64,000 bases of DNA, from the NCBI RefSeq assembly GCF_009914755.1, contig NC_060928.1, one strand, 5' to 3'. This DNA is from the human T2T-CHM13v2.0 reference genome, Homo sapiens. The notes under the pieces are model-generated. The model did no database searches. It was not told where the DNA came from and saw only the letters and a program-made list of their open reading frames with translations. The position numbers and the translations under genes were made by a program. Below, one piece after another: positions 10,871 to 22,540 of this stretch; the first letter of the stretch is position 1, and each line of letters starts with the position of its first letter.

Positions 10871-13800
10871 GCAATTCAGCAGGAGATAGGGGCATTAAGG
10901 CCGTATTATTCCAAACAACATTTAGCTGAATGGTAGCTGAAGATTGTGACAGCAAAAGACAAATTCTCCTGGTCAAATACTTTCCTTCCCAGAAAACCTT
11001 CCTGTTTCAGTACTTTTGAGACACAAAAATGTCATTAAAATGGAACCAAAGCGGGAATCCCACACCATCCTTAGCTGAACCTAGGAAAACTTTGAAATTC
11101 CAAACAGAATTTCTTGGAGTTTCTCATGCTACAATGGCCTGTGATAAATAACACCAAATAGCCAGATAAAGAAGGAATCATTTATTCATGTATTTGCATA
11201 TTTTGTTGACATTATGCCATATCTCCAGATATGGCTGTTGTTCACAAGTGAGCAGAGTTCCAGGGAGAGATGTACAGATAGCCTGTTTTTGTAATATATA
11301 TCTAAATACTTGGTGGCATGTAGCCAATCTTCCTGGAAGGAGATGGTGTTATAAGCACATAACCTAGGTCAGAACTCTAAATGCCAATGGCAGAGTGTTG
11401 CTTTTTATGTTGGTGATACAACATCGTCTGCATTTAGATAGCTGATAATGTGTTTTCTCAAAGCTGAAGGGGCAAAAGTAAAAACTTTCTTAAATGTTTA
11501 CAGATAATTTTAGTGCTATAACTGTAGGCTAACATTACTTTGTTTTTCAAAGTGGGAATCTAAGTAAATTAATATTTAATATATATTCAGGAAATTAACA
11601 GCACTCTTCCTGGTTGCTTTTTCTATTTCTGTTGTTTTTCCTTTCAAAATATACAACAACAGGATTTTGCTGTGATGTTCTAATAATTTAATTTGGGTTT
11701 TAAAATTCTAGCAATAGGACTTATGGGAAAAAATAAACTATCTCTCCGGTAATCTGCAATGCCTGGTGCTCTGAAATAAGATCAGACAGTGATCAGAGAT
11801 GATTCTTTCCTGTGACAGGGCACTGTGTTTTGGCAAAAGCTGATTATTCTCTTAGTTTTGTCTGTGCAGAACATGAGGTTGCTTATGTGCGAAAAGTTGC
11901 TGGGTTGCTACAGCCAAGACGTCTCACACTTTGAGGTCCACAATGGTTATTAATTAAGAATAATAAAAATAATGTTTAAAATCTCCTTCTGGAAAAATAT
12001 GCGTATTTCATACTTAACAGGAAGTGAATACAGCAATGAAGAGCTGTTTTACATATCTTTTAAACAATAATGAAAGACTTGTTTAATAATAAAGATTGGA
12101 ATTCCTACTTTGAATAGCATATTATATAGCACTATAATTCATACTTCATCTGAGAAAAATATATTTCCTGCGTGTCAGCCAAAATAGGTTCATTTGATGT
12201 TGTTCTGTTGATCAAAGGAAGTAGGCTCACTTTGTGGGCATGTACGAACATCATGTCATGGTTAAAACATAGCCAAATAGGGTTGTGGGAAGAGCTAGAT
12301 TAAAAAATAGGCAAATGAAGCAATCTGTCCAGGTCACTGAGCTACATAAATCACTAGAATAAATAATAAATATGATGCCAGGAAACTAGGTTTTCTGCAG
12401 AACACTTTGTACATAACTGATAAACTGTAACTTGGTCCCTCTCATAATGAAAATAAAAAACATTTCTTGCCTTTGTCCACAACAGTCTATTTCTTGATGA
12501 GTATTTAATTTTGGCTGTGATTCGCAAGAGAGCGTAGAGTTCCAGGGAGAGTTCACTAAAATTCAGAAACAATACAAGACTTTACTGGAAAAGTGATTTA
12601 TTACATTATTGAAATAATTATTTAAAATTTCAATTGTTTAATATACTCCTTAAAAAATTGTTTATCCCAAAGCATTGCAAATGCAAATTGAAAAATAAAG
12701 AAATGCAGATAAATGAGATGATTTAACGGGCATGAAAGCCGGGAGAAAACAAGCATTTACATTATTTTGAACTAAACTTTCTAATTACACCTATGCAAGC
12801 TGTAGCAAATGATGGAAAAGTGTAAATAAAAGACAACTTCCCAACTCTTAAAATATCTTTTTAATGGAGTAACAAAAACCAATTACAGCAGCAACAGCAA
12901 AAAGCAATCATAGGAATATATTTAACAATAAATATTCACAGAAGAAAACTATACTATTGGAAGTAAAAGTATTCATGACAACAGGAAAGACATTCCCTAT
13001 TCTAGCATTGGATGTCTCAATAGGATGATGCCAGTTCTCCATTAATTAATTTATACATTTACTGTAATCCCAATAAAAATACCAGTGACTTTCTTTTTAA
13101 CAGAGCTAGGCAATTTGGTACTTAAATTCATGTGAAACAATAAACACAGATGACTAGCTAGAAAAACACTGAGAAGAAAGGCAATTAATTAGCAGGGGCT
13201 AGGCCTACAAAATAAGAGAACATACTACAAAGCATTTTAATCAAAACAGTGTGATGCTTGTGTGTGAATGGCTAAAAGACCAACACAACAGAATAATAAT
13301 CCAGAGATAGTCCCGCTATATATGGAGATCTAGTGTATGGTAACGGTGCTTTTCAAGTGACTGAGGTAAAAAATTTTTTGTCTCATTTTTAATAAATTTA
13401 TTGGGACAACTAGATGGCCACTTGGGAAAAAATAAAATTAGATTCAGCTTTTGCATCAAATAAATCAGAGATGTGGAAGTAAACATGAATTATACAGGCA
13501 CTACAAGAGAGCATCAGTAAATTCTTCTCTGGGTGAAGAAAAACTTTCTAAGTATAATTGAAAATCCAGATTCACCAAAGGAAACTACGATAAGTTGTAC
13601 TATATAAATTTATAAATTTCATGGCAAAAAATAAGAAAGCTAAATATTATAAACAAATTCAAAAGACAAATAACAAACTAGGAAAAAATACCTACAGTAT
13701 ATATGACAGAGAAGGCCAATTTCTGTAATATTCAAAGAACTTACAAAATTTGAAGAAAAGAACAACAAAAATCCTATAGGGGAAAAAAAGATCAAATTGT

Positions 13801-14423
13801 CATGAACATAGAAGTCACAGAAAGAGATATAAAAATAGCCCTTAAATATATGAAAAGATGTTCAACTTTACTCATGTTAGAAAAATTCATATTAAACTTC
13901 AGTGAAACACTATTTCTCACCTGTTAGTTTGGCAAAAAGTCAAAACCTGACTGTATACTTTTTTGATGATGACATTGGGAAACTGAAGTTCTCATACATT
14001 GCCAGTGGGAACTCAAAATGGCTCAATCTTTATAAAGTGGAATTTGCAAAATTACTCATTCATTTAACATTCTAGGAATTTACCATAAAGACAAACCTCT
14101 AATTATATGAAATATGTGTATGCATATGTATATGCATATATATATGGTTATCTATTGTAGCAATTGTAATTGTGAAACACTGGAAATTACATAGATGTCC
14201 TCCAAGCCTAGGAGTTGGTTTAATTAACCATATTACAAACACTCAAAGGAGTACTATGCAGTTGTGAAAAGCAAAAAAGATCTTCATGAACTTATATGTA
14301 GTGATTACTAGAAGACATTGTGAAGTGCAAAGTGAAAAGTGCAAACAAGCGTATGTAGTATGCTACCTTTTGTAGAAGAAACAAGAGAAAGTAAGATACA
14401 TATATCATTTATCTTTAAAAACA

Positions 14424-14445
14424 ACACACACACACACACACACAC
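14424..14445 (+). repeat. (AC)11 microsatellite
   Basis: Direct reading. Confidence 0.95.
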
Positions 14446-15014
14446 GAAGTGTAAACCAACAAACAAAAGCTTTTATTATCTATAGGGTCAGGGAAGAAAT
14501 GAGATTAAGGGGCTACAGAAAGGAAAGGTGTGATAATTCTTTGGGTATACATTTTTAAAATAATTTTGAATTTTTTGGAGCATGCTAATGTTTTTGGAAA
14601 TCAAAAAGTAAAATTAAGTCAGCAAGGATGAGAAGAAAATTCCTAGTATCAAAGCAAATAGAAACAAATGGACTAGAATGTATTTCAAATGAATGACATA
14701 CTCACTTTATGGGGGGGTGTGAAAAACTAATCTAAGTAATTAATGGTATTTGACTATATACCCTCAGTCTTGGGCAGAGTCAAGGTAGGAGAGACAACTA
14801 CAAACAGATTCTGAGTTCCTTTTAGTAGAAATTTTTGGTTATTTGTAGTGATATAAGAGAAGCAATTCTGAAACTATTGGATATGTTAAAGAATTAAGCA
14901 AATAAGCAAATGTGTTTATGTTGGGAGCCAGAGATCTCAAATGGAAGAAGGGACATACAAACAAGAAACAGGGGATGGCAAGAACCTTGTGAGGACTCAT
15001 GATTTCTAAAACAT

Positions 15015-15176
15015 TTACATATGCATATAGCTATTATGTGTATGTGCATATATATATGTACACACATATACACATACACATATACACACATAATGCACAC
15101 ATATCTATGCCTACGTGTGTAAACATATGTGTGTAAATACATATGAATAGGTATGCCTGTATATGTATATGTGTAA
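15015..15176. repeat. Compound (TA/CA/TG)n alternating purine-pyrimidine low-complexity tract
   Basis: Direct reading; lies within the L1 3'UTR. Confidence 0.85.
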
Positions 15177-15603
15177 ATAAATGCAAATCTCTTAATTTTC
15201 CTAGAAGGAATGAGCAAACTTTGTCTCTAATGCCTCTTGAGAAATGTTTGATTCCAGAACTGAGGCAGGGTGAGAAAATTATTATTGTAAAGACTAGGTC
15301 GGGCAAAAATCACCAATGGGAGCTAAATCAAAGGGGCAAATTTGATAAAGAGCAGGATATTTGCATGGACTTGAAAGTGTGACTTATAAATTTCTACTTC
15401 TTGAAAGGAGAAAAAGTAATAGCTATACAATGGAGAGGGCAGGCAACACCCTGATCGGATGATAAAAGTTAACAGTATCAATGGGAGGCAGATGGACATG
15501 ATGCCCTGAGAGGAATATGGCTTCTACGCAGTATTCTGACTGAGGCTTCTCTAACTTCAGTTAAATAATGAAGAAACATTAGACAGGTACAAAATGAGGA
15601 GTT

Positions 15604-15886
15604 CTCAATCTTTCTTTTCTTTCTTTCTTTCTTTCTTTTGAGACAGTCTCACTCTCAATCTTTCTTTTCTTCTCTTTCTTTCTTTCTTTTGAGACAGTCT
15701 CACTCTCAATCTTTCTTTTTTCTTTTCTTTTCTTTCTCTTTCTTTCTCTCTCTCCCTTCCTTCCTTCTTTCCTTCCTTCCTTCCTTCCTTCCTTCCTCCC
15801 TTCCTTCCTTCCTTCCTTCTTTCTCTCTCTCTCTCTTTCTTTCTTTCTTTTTCTTTCTTTCTTTCTTTTGAAACAGTCTCACTCTC
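15604..15886. repeat. Triplicated Alu-end/tail unit with expanded (CTTT)n/(CCTT)n
   Basis: Unit ctcaatctttc...ttttgagacagtctcact starts at 15604, 15654 and 15705. Confidence 0.9.
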
Positions 15887-16154
15887 GCCCAGGCTGGAGT
15901 GCAGGGCCGCAATCTCGGTTCACTGTAGCTTCGACCTCACAGGTTCCAGCAATTCTCCCATTTAGCCTCCCTAGTGGCAGGGACCACAGATGGCTGCCAG
16001 CATGCCTACCTAATTTTTGTATTTTTTTTTTTTTTATAAAGACAGGGTCTTGCCACGCTGCCCTGGCTGGTCTCAAACTGCTGAGCTCCAGCTATCTGCC
16101 CACTTCAGCCTCCCAAATTGCTGGGATTACAGGTGTGAGCCACCACACCTGGCC
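15870..16154 (-). mobile_element. AluJ SINE
   Basis: Full-length reverse Alu with J-type diagnostics (acagggtcttgcc, tagcttcgacctc, ctgagctc); highly diverged. Confidence 0.9.
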
Positions 16155-16772
16155 AGAGAGCTCCATTAAAAACAAACAAACAAACAAATAAAACTGAGGG
16201 ACTAGTTTTCAAAACTGTCGATGTCATAAAGGACAAAAAAACAATGTGGAAATGTTCCAATTTAAAGATGTTAAAGGAATATGACAACTACATGCCATCC
16301 AGATCCTAGAGTGGATCCCAAACTAGAACAAAGATAACGTTATATAGAACATAATTAGATCAATTGATGGAATTGGAATATAGATGAGAGATTAAAGTTA
16401 AATGTATTGAAGTTGATAAATATACATGGTTATGTAAATAAATATCCCTATTCTTAAAAGGATATTTTTATTCTTAAAAAATATGCTCTGAAGTATTAGG
16501 GGTAAAGGGTCATAATGTATGAAATTTACTCTCAAATAGTTCAGAAAAAATATGTAAATAGAAAGATGGATGGATTAGATAGGTAGATTAGATAGATTAG
16601 ATAGGTGGGTAGGTATTTAGGTAGGTAGTAAGCAAATGATAAAGTAAAAGCAAATAAGGCTAAGTGTTAAGAATGAGTAAATCTGGGTAAAGACTAAATA
16701 AGCATTCTGTATATGATTCTTTCTCTTGCAACTTTTCTTGAAGTTTGAATTATTTCCAAATTAAAAGTTTTT
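16155..16772 (+). mobile_element. L1MC4-like 3' end (continuation), containing (TAGA/TAGG)n at ~16565-16630
   Basis: Ends gtaaatctgggtaaag...cttgcaacttttcttgaagtttgaattatttccaaattaaaagtt. Confidence 0.75.
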
Positions 16773-17209
16773 AGAAAACAAAGCATCTATAGACCGTATG
16801 TGTAATAAATATAAATACATTATTTTGAATATAAACATCTGAAAATTTTAATTAACAAAACTTGGTTTATTTCCCCTTCCACTAAACAAATATTGGACAA
16901 ATATTCAGCAAATGTTAGTCTGAGGGATACCCAAATATTGGCCTACCTGGAGTCCACATCCAGTGTAGCTTTGGATATAGGCAAATGTATGAACTAGGTT
17001 AAGTTTCTCTTGATATCAATTATATATCTGGGAAATTAGAACACAAAACCAACAGAAATAAAATTTTGGACTTATTCTTACCAACAACAAAACTTGCCTG
17101 GTTATCAAAAAGGAAATGTTAAAATCTCTGAAAAATAAAAACAATAAGGTTATCTTAGAGTGTTTGATAGCCAGTAAGTGAAAATGTGAAGGTAGTTAAA
17201 CTTGGTGTC

Positions 17210-17562
17210 TGCTATGGTCTGAATGTTTGAGTTCCCCTAAAATTCATACGTTAAAATCCTGACACTCAAGATGATGGTATTGAGAGGTAGGGCCTTTGAG
17301 AGATGATTAGGTCATGAGAGCAGAGCCTCATGGCTGAGATTAGTGCCCATATACAAGAGACCCCAGAGAGCTAGCTCTCCCATTCCATCATTTGCGAACT
17401 CAGCTAGAAGGCATATCTAGGAAAAAGAAACAGGCCTTCTTCAGATGCCAAGATCCATTAATGTTGTAAGTCCCAACCTCCAGAACTGTAAGAAATAAAT
17501 TTCTAACCTTTAAGCCACTTAGTCATGATATTTTGTTGCGACAGCCAGAACAGACTCATACG
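17210..17562 (+). mobile_element. MLT1A0-like MaLR solo LTR
   Basis: tgctatggtctgaatgtttg...cctccagaactgtaagaaataaatttct...cagactcatacg; 5-bp TSD gtgtc/gtatc. Confidence 0.85.
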
Positions 17563-18081
17563 GTATCCAAAGTTTTAGGAAAGCAGAGTTCCAAAAGAAT
17601 TCAGAGAAGAAAATAGACTTGATATCAAAACATGAATTTCTGGAAGAGAGTCTAAAACATTTTAGAAGCCATGAAGATCTCATCAGTGCAATTCTAGGTG
17701 ACGCAGAATAAAAAGGGAAGTACACATAAGGTAGGATTACAATGTGTGATCATTTATGACCTCAAAATTTTTAAATATAAGCATAAAAGTTAAACAATGA
17801 GACATGTAGCAAAGGATAGATGGAATAGAGTGGTGAGGACATGTAAAAATAATATCATCAAGACTCATGGCCCCAATGAAATGAGGCTTGCCCATCCACC
17901 CTAAAACACTACTAAAGAAAACATATTTCTTCTGCTGTTATTTTTGTTGTTGTTGTTATAACAAAAAATTAAAGCAACAGAGGACACTTTCCTTAGCCTT
18001 GGAAGTGAAAGATAACACATTTCCTGGGCTGAATTTTATTTTAAAAGTTTTAAAACATAAGAGAGTCAAGACGGCTTTCTA

Positions 18082-18254
18082 CCAACTGTCTGTTGCCTAC
18101 AAGAGGCACACTTCACCTATAAAGACATAGACTAAAAACACACATAGACACACATAAAGGGATGAATAAAGATGTTCCATGCAAATGGAAAACAAAAAAG
18201 AGCCAGAATAGCTATACTTATATCAGATAAACAGATTTCAAGACAAAAACTATA
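18082..18254 (+). mobile_element. Isolated L1 ORF2 endonuclease-region fragment (L1MA/L1PB-like)
   Basis: Degenerate coding for CCLQE.HFTYKD...FHANGKQKRA..AILISDK.DFKTKT. Confidence 0.85.
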
Positions 18255-18416
18255 GTATAGTATAGTACTGAAAGTATCATTTTTTATAAGGAATCAATCT
18301 TGGTAAATAACTTCATTTCGGGGTATGTCAGAGCCCGATTCACTACATGCTTGTTTATGAATAGCAAGCAAATGAATAGTCCCTTTAATAACTAAAGAAG
18401 CAACTGACATCATCAT

Positions 18417-18932
18417 ATTTCATTCAACAAATACTAATTGAGAGACTGACGAGTAACAGGCAGGCTTTGACCTAAGGCTGGGGACATATTAGACTGTCTC
18501 TCTAGCTTCAGAGAGGACTTAGTCTAAAGGGAGAAATGACAATAAAGAAATATGCTAATAGACATAGCTTTGGCAGGAAGTGGTAAGTGTGCTAAAAAAA
18601 AAAAATAACGCAGGAGAGATTAAACAACTGGTACATATGTGGGAGTATTCAAGTAATTCCACTCCAAGGAAGTCACATTTGAGCTGCGACTTGAGTGAAG
18701 GAAAAGGGGAAGTCCTGTACCCCATAACAGCAGATGTCAAGATGGAGAAGTGCTTTGGTGTTCAAGAATTGCAAGGAAGCCAGTGTGCTGGAATTCAGAA
18801 AGATGAGGCCCAAGAGATAGCCAGGGCCAGGTCATGGTGGTTCTCGTGGGCCACAGTAAGGAATTTGGATTTTATTCTAAGTGTGACAGCTAGTTGTTGG
18901 AGCAGAGAAGTGACTTACGTTTAAAAAGACCA
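18417..18932 (-). mobile_element. L2 LINE 3' region
   Basis: Starts ttcattcaacaaatac (reverse L2 tail); contains gtaaggaatttggattttattctaagtg. Confidence 0.75.
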
Positions 18933-18977
18933 CAAAGTGTCCTTTTGAATCCTACAACCCTTCTTGATCAATTCCTT

Positions 18978-19381
18978 TGTGGGAGAAAATTTACTGTGAT
19001 TCTTTTGCATTTCTATACACCTTACAAGCAGAAGGACATGCTGCTTGTGTTGCAGTTATCTGTTCTAAGGATGTTTGTATAGTGAACAACTTGGGTGACA
19101 GACAGAGGAAGAGATACTGTCCTCTTCTAGAGCAAGTGTTCCTCTCCTGTAACAAAACACCCTGCATGTTATAGTCATTACCTGACACTCTTCAAGTAAC
19201 ACTGTGGGACTCAGAGCTCAGGAAACCAGAGCATTTTCTGACTACTGCTATAGCTCTAATGAAGTCTTTGATTTCCAACACCACAAAATTTTGTATTTTT
19301 CCAGCTTCCATGAAACTGTGGTAGGCAAACTTGTTAGCTTACAAGTCAAGTCAAGTCTCATATCCTTCACAGTTCTTGATA
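18978..19381 (+). mobile_element. LTR47 (ERVL) 5' LTR
   Basis: aggatgtttgtatagtgaaca, ttcctctcctgtaac, ccatgaaactgtggtaggcaaacttgttagctt...ccttcacagttcttgata match the remembered LTR47A/B consensus. Confidence 0.8.
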
Positions 19382-19710
19382 GCTTTGGCAACAGGAATGA
19401 CCTGACAGACATGACTTTCTAGAAAAATGAAGACGAAGGTTTCTCAGGCTTATTAGTAGGAATTGAAGGATGTCCGTGGGAATCCGTAGTGAACATGTTG
19501 ACCAAATTGTATGGTTAACTTGGCAATAAATGGTATCTTCCTCGTCATTGCTTGTTAATGAGGAGGAATTGGGGAGGTGGCTATGGATTGAGTACTGGGA
19601 AGTAGGTTTAAAGATGGTATCCGTGTGGTGCCATAGTTGTTGTTAACTCCCCTTCATGGAGAAGGCTGAAACTCACCACCAAGCTATCTGTGTGCCACGG
19701 ATTTGCCCTA
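19382..19710 (+). mobile_element. ERVL47-like internal 5' segment (PBS and decayed gag start)
   Basis: PBS-like tggcaacagg right after the LTR; decayed frame ...EGCPWESVVNMLTKLYG*LGNKW. Confidence 0.65.
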
Positions 19711-20725
19711 TTGCAAAGACTAGAACTAGTCATCTTAGGTGGGCAGAAGTGTCCACCTGCCAACAGACAACAGTTACATAGATAAGCACTTACAATCATT
19801 GTAAAATGAGGAAAGTTCATAACCACTAAGGGCAGAAGCCAGGCAGGTCTTAGAACTTTGGTGGTGCATGTGGAGTATGAGGGAGGCGATATATAACATT
19901 CAAGGAAGACTGGCAACAGCTGGGTCATCTTATGGCTCAACTCCTTTTGGAGTCTAACAGGCCAGCCTCACATCTTTTCAGAAAGTAAAGTGAAAGATCT
20001 CAGTTGTTCTTTGTTTGTTTTTGCAGTGAGTCTTAGCTGTTATAAGGGAGCTTTGGCCTCCTGAGGAAAGCAACCAAACTCCAGTGGCAAGCCATAGATG
20101 AGGTATTAATGAACATTTGGGCTCACTGTGACTATAAAGATTTTTTTTCCATAAGACCCATAGACCACCTATTGAAATATAACTTTCCATTAAATCCTTC
20201 AAAATAAATTGGTTGTAAAATGTATTGCTAGATAACAGAACCTCCAAATTCCAGATCCCCATTCTACAGTCCAGGAGAACATCTTCCTTTTCCTGAAAAC
20301 AGCGTCTCGGTCACCTTGCATTTGCCTTGCCAACATCATCAAGACTGTGTGCTAAATAGTTTCTTAGAGATGCTAGCAATAGGCCAGTTAAATGTTAGGG
20401 GCCATTGAAGAAAAATTATGACTCTGGTTTTGAAAGAGTTGATCCAGAAGTTTTCTTTCATAAAGAAATATGCTAGCAGGGCCAGTTATCTTTTGAGGCT
20501 AGTCTTAGTTTATTATAAAGCAACCATATCATCCTTATAGTTCTTCATTGTCTTATGATGTGGGATGGGAGGAACAGGAATACACAGTGCTCTTGATGTC
20601 TACTGAGGTAATGCACCCATCTGTCTGATGGTTAATGTGAAGGACAAAGCTTGACCTAATACTGCAGTCTGCAGGTTGTGGTTTCTGTGATGTGGAACAG
20701 GCAGGGAAGGGTTCATCAGACTCAC

Positions 20726-20790
20726 CTGCTGCACACCACAGTTTGTAGAGAGGTCCAAAGTGAGGTCGCAGTCTGCCTTTTTGGTAAAGC
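20726..20790 (-). other. Candidate exon (65 bp) with strong splice sites
   Basis: Minus strand reads ttgttttccccaacag|GCTTTACC...GCAGCAG|gtgagt; all three frames are open. Confidence 0.35.
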
Positions 20791-21270
20791 CTGTTGGGGA
20801 AAACAACTAAACCAATGGACTCTTGAAGCTATGTTGAGCAATCCAATATATATTATGGTCAATAAATAATAATATTTATTATAATCAATAATTATTTCTC
20901 CTGGTGTCCTGCTCACTTGCCAGGCTAAACGAAGGGAGAAACTTTCTCATGCTGCTGATGCTGACTGCTTTTGGATAACTCTTTCATACTGAACTGGACT
21001 GCTGCGTTCTTGAAAAACCAGGAAGAAGAAAATCACCCTCTAAAACTGAAATTTCCAGAGACTTGCCTCAACCCATTGGCTCTCTACATGCTGCCCTCCT
21101 ATTAGGAAATAGATTTGTTACTTACATTCCCCCCTCCACTCACCCTCCACTACCAGACAAAGCTAAATGGGCTCAGGGGAAATAAGTAACTGTGATGTTC
21201 CTCAGAGATCTGTTATGTACCAATGATAAATGGAAAATGAAAATTACTAACATTTATGATTGATCTATAT

Positions 21271-21928
<658 letters not shown>

Positions 21929-22016
21929 TTAAGGATGGAGATGAAGTTGAAGTCATCAGAAAAGATCCCATTGAAATGGAAAAAAATTGTGAAATGTAGT
22001 GATAGCAACAGAAAAA

Positions 22017-22059
22017 AACTAAAATAATTCAGTGAGAGAACTAAAATAATTCAGTGAGA
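22017..22059 (+). repeat. 22-bp tandem duplication
   Basis: aactaaaataattcagtgaga occurs twice. Confidence 0.9.
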
Positions 22060-22145
22060 TCTAAGGGGAAAATCCTACAAAAACAGAGAAGTCATCTTGG
22101 GATAATAAAGCATTCTTGCTAGTAAGAATTATAATGTGTTTAATT

Positions 22146-22525
22146 CTTTTTAATAATTTCAACTCTTATTTTAGATTCAGAGGATACACGTGCAGGTTTG
22201 TTATATGGGTATATTGCATGATGCTGAGATTTAGGATACAAATGATCCCATCACCCAGGTAGTGAGCATAGTACCCAATAGTTTTTCAACCCTTACCCTC
22301 TTCCCTCCCTGCTCAGTAGTCACCAGTGTCTATTGTTGTCATCTTCGTGTCCACAACTACACAATGTTTAGTTCTCACTTATAACTGAAAACATGCAGCA
22401 TTTGGTTTTCTGTTCCTGCATCAGTTCACGCCGGATAATGGCCTCCAGCTGCACCTGTGCTGCTGCAAAGAACATGATTTCATTCTTTTTTATGGCTGTG
22501 TAGTATTCCATGGTGTGTATGTACC
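22146..22525 (-). mobile_element. L1PA16-like 5'-truncated L1 3' end
   Basis: Reverse L1PA 3'UTR (gtgcaggtttgtta...tgcatgatgctgag...gtagtattccatggtg); 15-bp TSD ataatgtgtttaatt/atgatgtgtttaatt. Confidence 0.88.
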
Positions 22526-22540
22526 ATGATGTGTTTAATT

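Larger units (their letters stand above)
12800..15603 (+). mobile_element. Old L1 (L1MC4-like), end of ORF2 and 3'UTR, 5' part
   Basis: L1 ORF2-like aatcccaataaaaatacca, catactacaaagc, aaaagatgttcaactttactcat; L1MC4 3'UTR motif gagcaggatatttgcatgg. Confidence 0.75.

Noticed and set aside
12235-12260. Possible p53 response element gggcatgtacgaacatcatgtc
   Set aside because: Half-sites have several mismatches and the wrong spacing.
15868-16191. ORFs with Alu-like peptides (also 43071-43331, 55336-55581, 59426-59617)
   Set aside because: Translations of Alu sequence.
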